This document shows, in pieces, positions 19,688 through 30,432 of a stretch of DNA of 32,000 bases. How positions within the stretch are numbered: position 1 is the stretch's first letter; each line of letters opens with the position of its first letter. Under the pieces are notes generated by a model. That model saw nothing but the letters and a program-made list of their open reading frames with translations, was not told where the DNA came from and ran no database searches. Made by a program: the position numbers and the translations under genes. Source of the DNA: Vibrio vulnificus CMCP6 (GTDB taxonomy: Bacteria > Pseudomonadota > Gammaproteobacteria > Enterobacterales > Vibrionaceae); contig NC_004459.3 in NCBI RefSeq assembly GCF_000039765.1, positions 600,001 through 632,000 on the forward strand, read 5' to 3'.

Positions 19688-21568
19688 TTAAACCTCTGCC
19701 ATATCGCCGTTGTTTTGTAACCAGCTACGACGGTCATCTGCGCGTTTCTTACCCAGCAGCATGTCCATCATTTCCATGGTCGCATCGGAGTCATCAATGG
19801 TCAGTTGCACCAGACGACGCGTGTTGGGATCCATCGTGGTTTCACGCAACTGCAGTGGGTTCATCTCACCCAGACCTTTGAATCGTTGCACGTTGATTTT
19901 GGCGCGCTTCTGGCTTAGGCGCTCTAATACGCCATCTTTTTCTGCATCATCCAGCGCATAGAACACCTCTTTGCCACAGTCGATACGATACAGTGGTGGC
20001 ATTGCTACGTAGATATGACCGGCTTCAACTAGCGCGCGGAAATGACGTGTGAATAGCGCACACAAGAGTGTCGCAATGTGCAGACCATCCGAGTCCGCAT
20101 CGGCAAGGATACAGATTTTGCCGTAACGCAGCCCTTCAAGATTGTCGCTATCTGGATCAATCCCTAGTGCAACAGAAATATCGTGCACTTCTTGAGACGC
20201 CAATACTTGATCGGCAGAGACTTCCCAAGTATTTAAGATTTTACCCCGCAGCGGCATCACGGCTTGGAACTCACGATCACGCGCTTGCTTGGCACTGCCG
20301 CCTGCCGAATCCCCTTCCACGAAGAAGATTTCAGTACGAGCTAAGTCTTGCACGGAACAATCGGTCAACTTACCTGGCAAAGCTGGGCCTGATGCAATCT
20401 TTTTACGCACGACCTTCTTGCTCGCACGCATACGACGATGGGCGTTCGCAATACACACTTCCGCAAGTTGCTCAGCAAGTTGTGGCTTTTCATTTAACCA
20501 CAAGCTAAAGGTGTCTTTTACCACCCCAGAGACAAACGCCGCGGTTTGACGAGAAGAAAGGCGCTCTTTGGTTTGGCCGGCAAACTGCGGATCTTGCATC
20601 TTCACCGACAGTACGTAAGAACAGCGGTCGAAAACGTCTTCGCCCGTTAACTTCACGCCACGGGGCAGTAAGTTGCGGAACTCACAGAACTCTCTCATCG
20701 CATCCAACAAACCTTGGCGCAAACCGTTCACATGCGTACCGCCTTGTGCGGTTGGGATCAGGTTAACATAGCTTTCGGTGATCATCTCACCGCCTTCTGG
20801 CTGCCAGATCACCGCCCAATCCGCAGCTTCTGTTTCTGCCGAGAATTGGCCTGTAAATGGTTCTTCAGGGAGTAAGGTGTAGCCCTTCACCCCTTCAATC
20901 AAATAGTCTTTCAAGCCATCTTGGTAGAGCCACTGATGCTCTTTACCATTCACACGGTCACTGAAAGTAATTTCCAAACCAGGGCAAAGAACCGCCTTCG
21001 CGCGCAAGTTATTCACTAAACGTGTGACCGAGAAATTTGGCGAATCAAAGTATTTGGTGTCTGGCCAGAAGTGCACGCTGGTACCGCGATTGCGACGACC
21101 ACACGTTCCCGTCACGGTGAGATCCGACACTTTGTCACCATGTTCAAAAGCGATTTCGTAAACCTGACCATCTCGACGTACTGTCACTTCAACCCTTTTA
21201 GACAGGGCGTTCACCACCGAAATACCTACCCCGTGCAAACCACCAGAAAACTGATAGTTTTTGTTGGAGAATTTACCACCAGCGTGCAGCTTACATAGGA
21301 TCAGCTCAACGCCCGAGACTTTCTCTTCTGGGTGGATATCGACTGGCATGCCTCGACCATCATCGATCACTTCCAGTGATTGGTCTGCATGTAGGATGAC
21401 TTGTACTTTGGAGGCATGTCCGGCCAGCGCTTCATCGACACTGTTATCGATGACTTCTTGGCCCAAATGGTTCGGGCGCGCTGTATCCGTATACATCCCT
21501 GGTCGGCGACGTACTGGCTCTAAACCATTCAGTACTTCAATGGCACCAGCATTATATTGTTCAGTCAT
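19688..21568 (-). CDS. parE: DNA topoisomerase IV subunit B
   Basis: 626-aa ORF with GHKL ATPase and TOPRIM motifs (VEGDSAGGSAKQARDREFQAVMPLRGKILN). Confidence 0.99.
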   Translation of the reverse strand: MTEQYNAGAIEVLNGLEPVRRRPGMYTDTARPNHLGQEVIDNSVDEALAGHASKVQVILHADQSLEVIDDGRGMPVDIHPEEKVSGVELILCKLHAGGKFSNKNYQFSGGLHGVGISVVNALSKRVEVTVRRDGQVYEIAFEHGDKVSDLTVTGTCGRRNRGTSVHFWPDTKYFDSPNFSVTRLVNNLRAKAVLCPGLEITFSDRVNGKEHQWLYQDGLKDYLIEGVKGYTLLPEEPFTGQFSAETEAADWAVIWQPEGGEMITESYVNLIPTAQGGTHVNGLRQGLLDAMREFCEFRNLLPRGVKLTGEDVFDRCSYVLSVKMQDPQFAGQTKERLSSRQTAAFVSGVVKDTFSLWLNEKPQLAEQLAEVCIANAHRRMRASKKVVRKKIASGPALPGKLTDCSVQDLARTEIFFVEGDSAGGSAKQARDREFQAVMPLRGKILNTWEVSADQVLASQEVHDISVALGIDPDSDNLEGLRYGKICILADADSDGLHIATLLCALFTRHFRALVEAGHIYVAMPPLYRIDCGKEVFYALDDAEKDGVLERLSQKRAKINVQRFKGLGEMNPLQLRETTMDPNTRRLVQLTIDDSDATMEMMDMLLGKKRADDRRSWLQNNGDMAEV

Positions 21569-21643
21569 AATACGGAATCGTTCTCAATGTTTACCTGTTG
21601 TCTGAGCCTAGTTGGTCGCACTTTTGCACCAACTGGCGACAAC

Positions 21644-21697
21644 GAAAAAGCTACCCTGTTACTCACAGAGCGTGACTCTGTGCGTTTCACGGTAGCT
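21644..21697 (-). terminator. Terminator-like nested hairpin in the yqiA-parE intergenic region
   Basis: Outer repeat AGCTACC (21649-21655) / GGTAGCT (21691-21697), inner CACAGAG (21664-21670) / CTCTGTG (21676-21682), minus-strand TTTTT at 21648-21644. Confidence 0.6.
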
Positions 21698-21804
21698 GTA
21701 TTCGGAGAAACATAGTCGGAAAGCAGTGCGACTATGTCAAGAAACGGTTGGATATCAGAGGTAAAATTATGAGCCCCTCCTAATCCTGTCTCTGAGTGGT
21801 AGCG

Positions 21805-22395
21805 TTACAAACCAAGAAAGTGAATGATTCGCTCTGGATAGCGTTCAAAGCCAACAAAACTATGATCGCCTCCCTCTTCTACCGTTTGTGCAGAACCTGC
21901 GTACTTTTCCACTGCCTGACGGTAGTCCAGCACTTCATCTTCGGTTTGCTGCAATAGCCAGAAAGATTCTGGATTCGCGACCTCTTTTACCTCAAGCGCT
22001 TTCAATTCGTCAATATGACGCGCTTCGAGTGTATAGCTTTCATGCGTATATGGGTTAGTTTGTGGCCCTAGATAGTCAGCCAGCAGCTCATATGGCTTCA
22101 CCGCCGGATTGACAACCACGGCGCGAAAGCCAAACTCGGCATTGAGCCAAGTCGACAAATAACCACCGAGCGAGCTCCCCACCAAACCAATACGATGAGT
22201 AGTTTTATGTTGCTGAACGATCTCTAGCAAACACTCTGCAGCCGCTTGCGGAAAACTCGGTAACTGCGGCACCACAACCTTGATGTCGGGTCGGTGTTGC
22301 TCGCAATATTCACGCATCAGATTGGCTTTCATCGATAACGGCGAACTGTTAAAACCATGAATGTACAGCAGCAATGAAGGCTTAGGATGGCTCAT
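21805..22395 (-). CDS. yqiA: YqiA family esterase (alpha/beta hydrolase)
   Basis: LLLYIHGFNSSPLSMKA, nucleophile motif GSSLGGYLS, UPF0227-type. Start at 22395 (MSHPKPSL); track ORF begins at 22407. Confidence 0.92.
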   Translation of the reverse strand: MSHPKPSLLLYIHGFNSSPLSMKANLMREYCEQHRPDIKVVVPQLPSFPQAAAECLLEIVQQHKTTHRIGLVGSSLGGYLSTWLNAEFGFRAVVVNPAVKPYELLADYLGPQTNPYTHESYTLEARHIDELKALEVKEVANPESFWLLQQTEDEVLDYRQAVEKYAGSAQTVEEGGDHSFVGFERYPERIIHFLGL

Positions 22396-22396
22396 A

Positions 22397-23221
22397 TTAG
22401 TAACCACTTGAGGTAAAGTCAGGTAAAAAACTGCCTGAAGCTAGGCGTTGCACTTGAGTGGTGATCTCACCATTGGCGTGCAGTGTTAATTCGCGCCATC
22501 CGGGTGAAACCGTGTCGAGCGCAAAATCGTCAGATTTCGGTTTGAACTGAACACATGTCGATGGGGTTGCCATCACACGGATGCCTTTATGCATCACATT
22601 CATATCTTGATGAACGTGACCACACACAATGCCTTTCACCATCGGAAAACGTTCAACAATTTGCCAAAACGCCTCTGCATCTTTCAAGGTATGCTGATCT
22701 AACCAAGCACTGCCGACCAGCAGTGGATGGTGGTGAAGTAAAATTAAGGTGTTTTTCTCTGGCGACGCTTGCAAATGATGCTCCAGCATCAACAACTGTT
22801 GATCACTGAGGCGACCATGTGGCACACCGACGACTTGGGAATCCAGCAAAATCAGTTGCCAATGAGCATTGAGCTCCACCTGCTCCGGCGTAGTAATTTG
22901 GGGGGAAGGTAAAACACTCGACATATTGGGTTTATAGTCGTGGTTACCTGGCAACCAAAAACAGGCTTTCTCTAGTGGCGCAATTCCGTCAGCAAAACGC
23001 TGGTAGGAGGCCGCACTATGGTCTTGAGAAATGTCACCGGTTGCTAATAGATAGTCAAACTCAACATGGCGCGCCATCACTTGCTCGACAACGGCCTGAA
23101 AACTTTGGAGTGTTTTAACACTCAGCAAACTGCCCTCATCCGATGCAAAGAGATGAGTATCCGTAATCTGTAACAGCTTAATACTGTTCTCGCTGAGCGT
23201 ATCACTGGATGTATGTTGCAA
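22397..23221 (-). CDS. cpdA: 3',5'-cyclic-AMP phosphodiesterase CpdA (metallophosphatase)
   Basis: 274-aa ORF with calcineurin-like metal sites ITDTHL, GDIS, LPGNHD, GHVHQD. Confidence 0.95.
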   Translation of the reverse strand: MQHTSSDTLSENSIKLLQITDTHLFASDEGSLLSVKTLQSFQAVVEQVMARHVEFDYLLATGDISQDHSAASYQRFADGIAPLEKACFWLPGNHDYKPNMSSVLPSPQITTPEQVELNAHWQLILLDSQVVGVPHGRLSDQQLLMLEHHLQASPEKNTLILLHHHPLLVGSAWLDQHTLKDAEAFWQIVERFPMVKGIVCGHVHQDMNVMHKGIRVMATPSTCVQFKPKSDDFALDTVSPGWRELTLHANGEITTQVQRLASGSFLPDFTSSGY

Positions 23222-23239
23222 AATGAAAACCTGACTCTG

Positions 23240-23692
23240 TTATTCTTCTTTAAATGTTATTGGGGTTCGGCTAATACCGCTTTTTAAACAAAACGTCAGC
23301 CACTCGCCAAGAAACGCATTCAATTGATGCTTTTCATCTTTCTGCATCAACTTTTCATTTGGGTAGTCGTATTTCGCTTTGAATCGAACATGCTCACCAC
23401 TCGAGAGCACTTCCGCGACTCTGGCATCGTGATAAAGCCTGACAGACATCGTAGGTAAAGGAAATAACGGTATGTCATCACTCTGACATATCTCCACTAT
23501 GGTGGTGTATTTTGTGACCTCTTTCACTGTCATTTGGTAGATCATGTTTACAACTTGATAACAGCGAACATCACCCACTTCAGCGTTGAACGGCAGCAAA
23601 GCATTTAATTTGGCATAATTGGTTTCATAGGTTCTCATTAACCCTGCCAAATCAACATAATAAGGTTGTTTTGCTGCTGCTAAACCCATCAC
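23240..23692 (-). CDS. DUF1249 domain protein (YqiB-like)
   Basis: 150-aa ORF between cpdA and nudF, LMRTYETNYAKLNALLP...; conserved synteny. Confidence 0.88.
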   Translation of the reverse strand: MMGLAAAKQPYYVDLAGLMRTYETNYAKLNALLPFNAEVGDVRCYQVVNMIYQMTVKEVTKYTTIVEICQSDDIPLFPLPTMSVRLYHDARVAEVLSSGEHVRFKAKYDYPNEKLMQKDEKHQLNAFLGEWLTFCLKSGISRTPITFKEE

Positions 23693-24336
23693 TCAATCTC
23701 CAACCACTGTGACTTTAACTGCAAGTGATTTAACTCTAACCATTGTAAGGCGATAATTGAGGCACCATTCTCGATTTTGCCTTGTTTGACCAAATCGTAG
23801 GCTTGCTCACGTGTCATCACATGCACACGGATATCTTCATCTTCATAGTCTAAACCATGAATGCCATGCGCTTTAGAGGCATCCACTTCACCGATAAAAA
23901 CATCCAGCTTTTCTGAACACCCACCCGCTGAAGGATAATACGAAACCACCGAAACAAGTTGTCCGACTTCTAGGCCAGCTTCTTCTTGCGCCTCTCGACG
24001 CACGACATCATCCGCCGATTCATCACGATCGATCATGCCTGCGACAATTTCCAACTGCCAAGGATGCTGATGCTCCAGTGCTCCGACACGAATTTGTTCA
24101 ATTAACACCACTTGATCACGAATAGGATCGTAAGGAAGCATTGCAGCAGCATGACCACGTTCAAACATTTCGCGTTCGATCACATTGCTCCACCCACCGG
24201 CAAATAACTTATGACGGAAGCGGTACTTGATCATCTTGAAGAATCCCTGAAAGAGTGGCTCTTTTGAGAGAACCTCTACATCTTCTGGAGTAAAAACAGC
24301 GTGTTGTTTGTCATCCTGTTGCATTTCGCACCTCAC
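23689..24336 (-). CDS. nudF: ADP-ribose pyrophosphatase (Nudix)
   Basis: Nudix box GMIDRDESADDVVRREAQEEAGLEV. The ORF overlaps the DUF1249 gene by 4 nt. Confidence 0.95.
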   Translation of the reverse strand: MRCEMQQDDKQHAVFTPEDVEVLSKEPLFQGFFKMIKYRFRHKLFAGGWSNVIEREMFERGHAAAMLPYDPIRDQVVLIEQIRVGALEHQHPWQLEIVAGMIDRDESADDVVRREAQEEAGLEVGQLVSVVSYYPSAGGCSEKLDVFIGEVDASKAHGIHGLDYEDEDIRVHVMTREQAYDLVKQGKIENGASIIALQWLELNHLQLKSQWLEIE

Positions 24337-24552
24337 TGAGTGAATCTTGTAGTTTACTCACTGTTTAAACATGACTCAAAGGACATTGCTCAACTTTTTA
24401 TATAATTGTTCTAAAAATTTTTAGGTTTAAACAATTCATTTATTGCACAACTGGACAGTTAAAGATAAAAAGTGCAGAATTTAGGGCAAATATCCAGCAA
24501 CTTGAGTTAAACTCTTGAGAATTAATCAAACTATACATGGCGAGAATGGAAA

Positions 24553-25878
24553 ATGAAAAAACTGCTTCCACTACTTATTGGTGCAGCGCTAGGTAGCCTG
24601 AGTTCTTCAGTGTGGGCTGATTCCTTGGCAGAAATCTATGATCTGGCAAAGCAAAACGATCCACAGTTATTGAGCGTACAAGCTAAACGTGACGCCGCAT
24701 TTGAAGCGGTCACTTCTAGCCGTAGTACCTTATTACCGCAAATTAATTTAACCGCTGGTTATAACCTAAAACGCGGTGATACGGATCTTGATGCTGGGGC
24801 GACGATCGATAATGACCAAAATGCATTAACTGCTGGGATTAATTTCTCTCAGGAACTGTATCAGCGTTCGTCTTGGATCACGCTAGACAACGCAGAGAAA
24901 ACCGCTCGTCAAGCAGATGCAGCATACGCAGCGACGCAACAGGGTTTGATCTTAAGAACCGCGCAAGCGTACTTTGAGGTGCTAAAAGCGCAAGACAACT
25001 TAGAATTTGTCCGTGCAGAAAAAGCGGCGGTTGCTCGTCAGCTAGAGCAAACCAAACAACGTTTTGAAGTGGGTCTCTCGGCCATTACAGACGTGCATGA
25101 CGCCCAAGCGCAATACGATGGCGTATTAGCTGACGAAGTTCTGGCCGAAAACAGCCTAACCAACAGTTATGAAGCGTTGCGTGAAATCACAGGTCAAGAG
25201 CATAAAAACCTGAACGTGTTAGATACCAAGCGTTTCTCAGCAAGCCGCTCAAATGCTTCAGCTGAAACCTTGATCGAAGAAGCGCAAGAGAAAAACCTAA
25301 GCTTACTGTCAGCGCGTATCACAAAAGACATCGCCAAAGACAACATTTCTCTGGCCAGTTCAGGCCACTTACCGTCATTAACCTTAGACGGTGGCTACAA
25401 CTACGCAGACGTTAGTAACAGTGCACAAAGTGATGGTACAACCAATAATTTCAATGTGGGTGTAAATCTCGTTGTTCCACTCTATACCGGTGGTAATACA
25501 ACGTCGCAAACCAAACAAGCTGAGTTTAATTACGTCTCTGCGAGCCAAGATCTTGAAGCCACTTATCGCGGTGTCGTGAAAGAAGTGCGAGCGCAAAACA
25601 ACAACATCAATGCCTCAATCGGCGCACTTCGTGCGTATGAGCAATCTGTTGTTTCTGCGCGTTCAGCATTAGAAGCAACCGAAGCAGGCTTTGATGTGGG
25701 TACTCGTACTATTGTGGATGTCCTTGATGCCACTCGTCGCCTTTACGATGCCAACAAAAACCTATCGAATGCACGCTACAACTACATCTTGAGTGTACTG
25801 CAACTTCGTCAGGCGGTGGGTACACTGAGCGAGCAAGATGTACTGGATGTTGATGCTGGTTTGATTGCGAAAAAGTAA
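24553..25878 (+). CDS. tolC: Outer membrane channel protein TolC
   Basis: 441-aa ORF with signal peptide MKKLLPLLIGAALGSLSSSVWA, repeated TolC helical-hairpin architecture. Confidence 0.97.
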   Translation: MKKLLPLLIGAALGSLSSSVWADSLAEIYDLAKQNDPQLLSVQAKRDAAFEAVTSSRSTLLPQINLTAGYNLKRGDTDLDAGATIDNDQNALTAGINFSQELYQRSSWITLDNAEKTARQADAAYAATQQGLILRTAQAYFEVLKAQDNLEFVRAEKAAVARQLEQTKQRFEVGLSAITDVHDAQAQYDGVLADEVLAENSLTNSYEALREITGQEHKNLNVLDTKRFSASRSNASAETLIEEAQEKNLSLLSARITKDIAKDNISLASSGHLPSLTLDGGYNYADVSNSAQSDGTTNNFNVGVNLVVPLYTGGNTTSQTKQAEFNYVSASQDLEATYRGVVKEVRAQNNNINASIGALRAYEQSVVSARSALEATEAGFDVGTRTIVDVLDATRRLYDANKNLSNARYNYILSVLQLRQAVGTLSEQDVLDVDAGLIAKK

Positions 25879-25916
25879 TCGAAGCCACAAACGCATAAAG
25901 AGACACACGCATAAAG

Positions 25917-25946
25917 AAAAGGGTGACAGCAATGTCACCCTTTTTT
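25917..25946 (+). terminator. Terminator downstream of tolC (possibly bidirectional with hldE)
   Basis: AAAAGGGTGACA (25917-25928) GCAA TGTCACCCTTTT (25933-25944), T-run. Confidence 0.93.
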
Positions 25947-25990
25947 GTCTCATATTGATGATGTGTACCGCTCATTGAAAAGCGATGTGG

Positions 25991-27421
25991 TTAACCGCGT
26001 CCGCCTTTGATTGCATCAATGATCTCTGTGGTTGAACAGCCATCTTCAAAGTTCAGGACTTTTACTTCACCGCCCGCAGCAATCACCTCTTTGCCACCAG
26101 CGATATCTTCTGGCTTGTAATCGCCGCCTTTAACCAACAGATCCGGAAGCACTTCTGAAATCAAACGTTGTGGCGTGTCTTCACTAAACGGCACCACCCA
26201 ATCAACAGCACCTAAGCCCGCGAGCACGGCCATACGACGATCGGTTGGATTCACAGGACGGCCAGGACCTTTCAGGCGTTTCACCGACTCATCGGTATTC
26301 ACGGCAACAATCAGGCGGTCACCCAATTTTGCTGCGTTATTTAGGTAAGAAACATGGCCTGCATGAAGGATGTCGAAGCAGCCATTAGTCATGACTACTT
26401 TCTCGCCTTTAGCTTGCGCCGCTTTCACCGCATCAATCAGTGCCGCTTCGGCAATCACACCGAAATCGGTATCACGGCTGCCATGAATGGCTTCTGCTAA
26501 TTCGATGGTCGATAACGTTGAAGTACCTAGCTTACCGACTACGACACCCGCCGCCGCATTAGCCAATGCACATGCTTCATCAAGCGGTTTACCTGCTGCA
26601 ACTGAGGCCGCTAAGACAGAAATCACCGTATCGCCTGCACCTGTCACGTCGTACACTTCTTTGGCTTGAGTTGGCAAGTGGAATGGCTTCTGATCTGGAC
26701 GAACCAATGTCATGCCATGCTCACTGCGCGTCACCAGCAGCGCTCCAAGTTCAAACTTTTCAATCAAGCCTAATGCTTTTTCCACCAAGTCATCGTCGGA
26801 TGTCACTTTGCCGACCACCGCCTCAAACTCAGACATGTTTGGCGTTAGCAGAGTAGCGCCACGATAAGGTTCAAAGTTGGTGCCTTTCGGATCGATAAAC
26901 ACGGGAACATTGGCCGCACGGGCTTTCGCGATCAAAGCTTCAACGTGCTCTAACGCCCCTTTTGCATAATCAGACAGAATCACCGCCTGCACGTGAGGCA
27001 GAGCGCGCTCCATACGTGTTAGGACCAACTCAGGATCGGTGCCTTCAAACTTGTCTTCAAAATCTAAGCGAATCAATTGCTGACCACGGCTCATCACACG
27101 CAGTTTGGTGATGGTTGGGTATTCAGGAAGCGCAACAAAATCGCATTTTACTTTTAACGAATTCAGGGTTTCAGTCAGCACTTTCGCTGGCTCATCCATC
27201 CCGGTTAAACCCACAATGCGCGCATGACCACCAAGCGAGGCAATGTTCATTGCGACGTTTGCCGCTCCGCCTGGGCGCTCTTCATTGTTCTCTACTTTTA
27301 CAACAGGTACAGGGGCTTCTGGTGAAATACGACTTGTTGGGCCATACCAGTAACGGTCTAGCATCACATCGCCAATGATCAGTACACCTGCATTGTTGTA
27401 ATCAGGTAGGATTGGTTTCAT
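25991..27421 (-). CDS. hldE: Bifunctional D-glycero-beta-D-manno-heptose-7-phosphate kinase / heptose-1-phosphate adenylyltransferase
   Basis: [27 protein letters not shown]..., [11 protein letters not shown] (kinase) and [16 protein letters not shown] (nucleotidyltransferase). Start assigned at 27421; the track ORF begins at 27460. Confidence 0.97.
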   Translation of the reverse strand: MKPILPDYNNAGVLIIGDVMLDRYWYGPTSRISPEAPVPVVKVENNEERPGGAANVAMNIASLGGHARIVGLTGMDEPAKVLTETLNSLKVKCDFVALPEYPTITKLRVMSRGQQLIRLDFEDKFEGTDPELVLTRMERALPHVQAVILSDYAKGALEHVEALIAKARAANVPVFIDPKGTNFEPYRGATLLTPNMSEFEAVVGKVTSDDDLVEKALGLIEKFELGALLVTRSEHGMTLVRPDQKPFHLPTQAKEVYDVTGAGDTVISVLAASVAAGKPLDEACALANAAAGVVVGKLGTSTLSTIELAEAIHGSRDTDFGVIAEAALIDAVKAAQAKGEKVVMTNGCFDILHAGHVSYLNNAAKLGDRLIVAVNTDESVKRLKGPGRPVNPTDRRMAVLAGLGAVDWVVPFSEDTPQRLISEVLPDLLVKGGDYKPEDIAGGKEVIAAGGEVKVLNFEDGCSTTEIIDAIKGGRG

Positions 27422-27474
27422 TCTCGGTCTCCAATTTTTTTGCTGCGCTGAGTGTAACACAGCCTTTATCGGGT

Positions 27475-30327
27475 CTAAATAGTTGAGGATTCAAGCCACT
27501 CTTGCCAAGCTTTGCTGACCCCTTGGCGCAACGCAACAAACTTATCGAGAGCAACATCGGCATCTAAGTTGAGCAAATTACGTCGGTGAATCTCATCGCG
27601 CATCGTTGTGTAAGCTTGAGTGAGTAGCATCGCCTGCGCTTCTTCCATCACCCCTTGAGCAATCAAGGTTTCAAAGATGCGCACGTTATCGCACCAACGT
27701 GTCAACTTAGGCTTTTCAGCACTGTAGTTCAACACCAGGTATTGAGCCAAAAACTCGATATCGGTGATCCCGCCCTGATCTTGCTTCAACATAAAGCGAT
27801 CGGATTTTTTCCCGCCAAGATGATCACGCATTTTCGCACGCATATCAGCGACCTCTTTTTGCAGCTTGGCTTGCTCACGCGGTTTGGCCAGCACTTGGTG
27901 GCGCACTCGGTGGAACTCACTGGCAAGGTGTTCATCACCATAAATCATACGAGCGCGCACTAATGCTTGGTGTTCCCACGTCCAGGCATCATTATGCTGA
28001 TATTCTTCAAAGGCATCGACAGGGCAAACCAACAAGCCAGAAGCACCGGAAGGGCGTAAGCGCGTATCGACTTCATACAAAATGCCCGACGCCGTTCGCG
28101 TTGAGAAAATATGGATGATGCGCTGCGCTAAGCGCAGATAAAACTGACGCCCATCGATCTCTTTCTTACCATCGGTATAAACGTTCACCGGGCAATCATG
28201 CAGGAAAACAACATCGAGATCCGAATTGTAGCCTAACTCCCAACCACCCACTTTGCCGTAGCCGACGACCGCAAAGCCTTTACCCTCACGATCTTTAAGG
28301 TGCGTTGGTTCGCCATATTTCTCCGCGACCTGTTGCCAAGCTTGATGTACCACCGCTTCAACAATCGCTTCTGCCAAGTAGGTTAAGTGATCACTCACTT
28401 TCATGACGGGCAAGACACCCGCAATGTCTGCCGCGGCAATGCGTAAGCTACAAATCTGTTTGAACTGACGCAGCGCGTCCATCTGCTGTTCAACGTCGTC
28501 CTCTGGGATTCGCGCCAGAAAATCACGCAGTTCGGTGCGATAGGCATCAAGTGCAATCGGGTTGTACAACTGCTGTGGGTCGATCAATTCATCCAACAAA
28601 ATAGGGTAACGTGCGAGCTGCTCAGAAATCATCGGGCTGGCCGTACACAGACGCACCAACTGCGTTAATGCCGCAGGGTGCTCATCGAGCAGCTCAAGGT
28701 AAGTGGTACGAGTGGCGATGTTGTGCAGCAAATGCAAAACGCGTGGTAAGCCAAATTGTGCATCGGCATCGGCAAAGATGGCTGAAAAAAGTTTTGGCAT
28801 CAGTCGATTGAGCACTTCTCGCCCGCGAGGCCCTAAGGTTTTCTTGGCCAGATCCGCCTTAAATTGAATGATTTGCTCTGACATCGTGGCGGCATTTTGG
28901 CAAGCCAAGTCATTTTGTAGAATCTGCTCAATCACCTCTGGGTTATGGGCCATATCCCACAACTCATTAAAATGACGTTCCACCGGGCTCACTTCATCTT
29001 CTTCATCACCGATCAGGGTAACAAATACAGCATGCACTTTTGCCATGTGTTGCTGCACATCATTTTGCAACGCTTGCCACTGCGAATAGCCCATCGCCAC
29101 CGCTAAAGCGAGCTGTTCTAATTCGTTATCAGGTAAGGTTTGCGTCTGTTTATCTGCCATCGCTTGCAATAGGTTTTCTAAGCGTCGTAAATACTTGTAA
29201 GCCTCAACAAGATGACACACTTGCGCCTCTTCCAGCAATTGCAGTTGCTTAATTGCCTCTAGCGTCACCAATAGGCCACGCTGGCGCAAAGCAGGTTCAC
29301 GCCCACCACGGATCAGTTGGAAAACTTGGGCGATAAACTCAATTTCACGAATACCCCCCGCCCCCAGTTTGATGTTGTTGCTTAAGCCGCGACGACGTAC
29401 TTCACTGCTGATCATTGATTTCATCCGACGCAGCGATTGAATGGCACTGAAGTCGATATAGCGACGGAAAACAAACGGCCTGAGCATCTGACGCAGCTCT
29501 TGGTATTCAGGGTACATTTCACGCCCCATCACCCGCGCTTTGATCATCGCGTAGCGTTCCCAATCTCGCCCCTGCTCTTGGTAGTAATCTTCCAAAGCCG
29601 CATAACTCATCACTAATGGGCCACTTTCGCCAAACGGGCGTAAGCGCATGTCGACTCGATAACAGAAACCATCAAAGGTCTGCTGATCCAGCGCTTTAAT
29701 AAGGCGTTGCCCCAAACGAGTGAAAAACTGTGCATTGGCGATGCTGCGACGTGCACCTTGTGTCTCACCATTTTCAGGATAAGTAAAAATCAAATCGATG
29801 TCGGAGGAGAAGTTAAGTTCGCCGCCTCCCAGTTTCCCCATCCCAATGATTAACATCGGTTGCGCTTCGCCTTGCGCATTGGTCGGGGTTCCCCACTCTT
29901 TGCAGCAGAGTTGATATTGCCATTGGTATGTTTCAAAAATCATTGCCTCGGCCAACTCCGAAAGATGGCTTAAGGATTCCTCAAGACTCCAAGCCTGAGT
30001 AAAATCTTTCCAAGCGATGTAGACCATTTCTCGGTTACGAAATTGACGCAAAACTCGGTGGCCCGCCACTTCATCATGACACGCTTGCAACTGCTCAGCC
30101 AAACGAGTTCGATAAGCTTCTTGTCGGCTTTCTTGCGCCAACATCTCTGGAAGACTCTCGGCCAATTGAGCATCACGCTGAACCGTTTCCACCACAAACT
30201 TGCTCAGTCCTGAAATAAACTGAAACTGTGTGATGAGCGCTTGCGGCCAGTGTTCAAGATAACCAGACTGCTGGGCATTTTGCATTGCCAGTTCAGCGAC
30301 GGGGATCAAAGGGGATGGCAGCGACAT
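27475..30327 (-). CDS. glnE: Bifunctional glutamine-synthetase adenylyltransferase/deadenylyltransferase
   Basis: 950-aa ORF with two nucleotidyltransferase cores ([16 protein letters not shown]; [23 protein letters not shown]). Confidence 0.98.
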   Translation of the reverse strand: MSLPSPLIPVAELAMQNAQQSGYLEHWPQALITQFQFISGLSKFVVETVQRDAQLAESLPEMLAQESRQEAYRTRLAEQLQACHDEVAGHRVLRQFRNREMVYIAWKDFTQAWSLEESLSHLSELAEAMIFETYQWQYQLCCKEWGTPTNAQGEAQPMLIIGMGKLGGGELNFSSDIDLIFTYPENGETQGARRSIANAQFFTRLGQRLIKALDQQTFDGFCYRVDMRLRPFGESGPLVMSYAALEDYYQEQGRDWERYAMIKARVMGREMYPEYQELRQMLRPFVFRRYIDFSAIQSLRRMKSMISSEVRRRGLSNNIKLGAGGIREIEFIAQVFQLIRGGREPALRQRGLLVTLEAIKQLQLLEEAQVCHLVEAYKYLRRLENLLQAMADKQTQTLPDNELEQLALAVAMGYSQWQALQNDVQQHMAKVHAVFVTLIGDEEDEVSPVERHFNELWDMAHNPEVIEQILQNDLACQNAATMSEQIIQFKADLAKKTLGPRGREVLNRLMPKLFSAIFADADAQFGLPRVLHLLHNIATRTTYLELLDEHPAALTQLVRLCTASPMISEQLARYPILLDELIDPQQLYNPIALDAYRTELRDFLARIPEDDVEQQMDALRQFKQICSLRIAAADIAGVLPVMKVSDHLTYLAEAIVEAVVHQAWQQVAEKYGEPTHLKDREGKGFAVVGYGKVGGWELGYNSDLDVVFLHDCPVNVYTDGKKEIDGRQFYLRLAQRIIHIFSTRTASGILYEVDTRLRPSGASGLLVCPVDAFEEYQHNDAWTWEHQALVRARMIYGDEHLASEFHRVRHQVLAKPREQAKLQKEVADMRAKMRDHLGGKKSDRFMLKQDQGGITDIEFLAQYLVLNYSAEKPKLTRWCDNVRIFETLIAQGVMEEAQAMLLTQAYTTMRDEIHRRNLLNLDADVALDKFVALRQGVSKAWQEWLESSTI

Positions 30328-30381
30328 TTTTCTTCCTTGTTCTTGTTGAGCGGTTGTTCTTATTTATATCAGACTTACTGC

Positions 30382-30416
30382 AATAAAAAACGCCCACATG
30401 AGTAATGTGGGCGTTT
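30382..30416 (-). terminator. Terminator of the chemoreceptor gene
   Basis: AAACGCCCACAT (30388-30399) / ATGTGGGCGTTT (30405-30416) with a minus-strand T-rich tail. Confidence 0.92.
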
Positions 30417-30432
30417 CATTGTGACTAAAACC

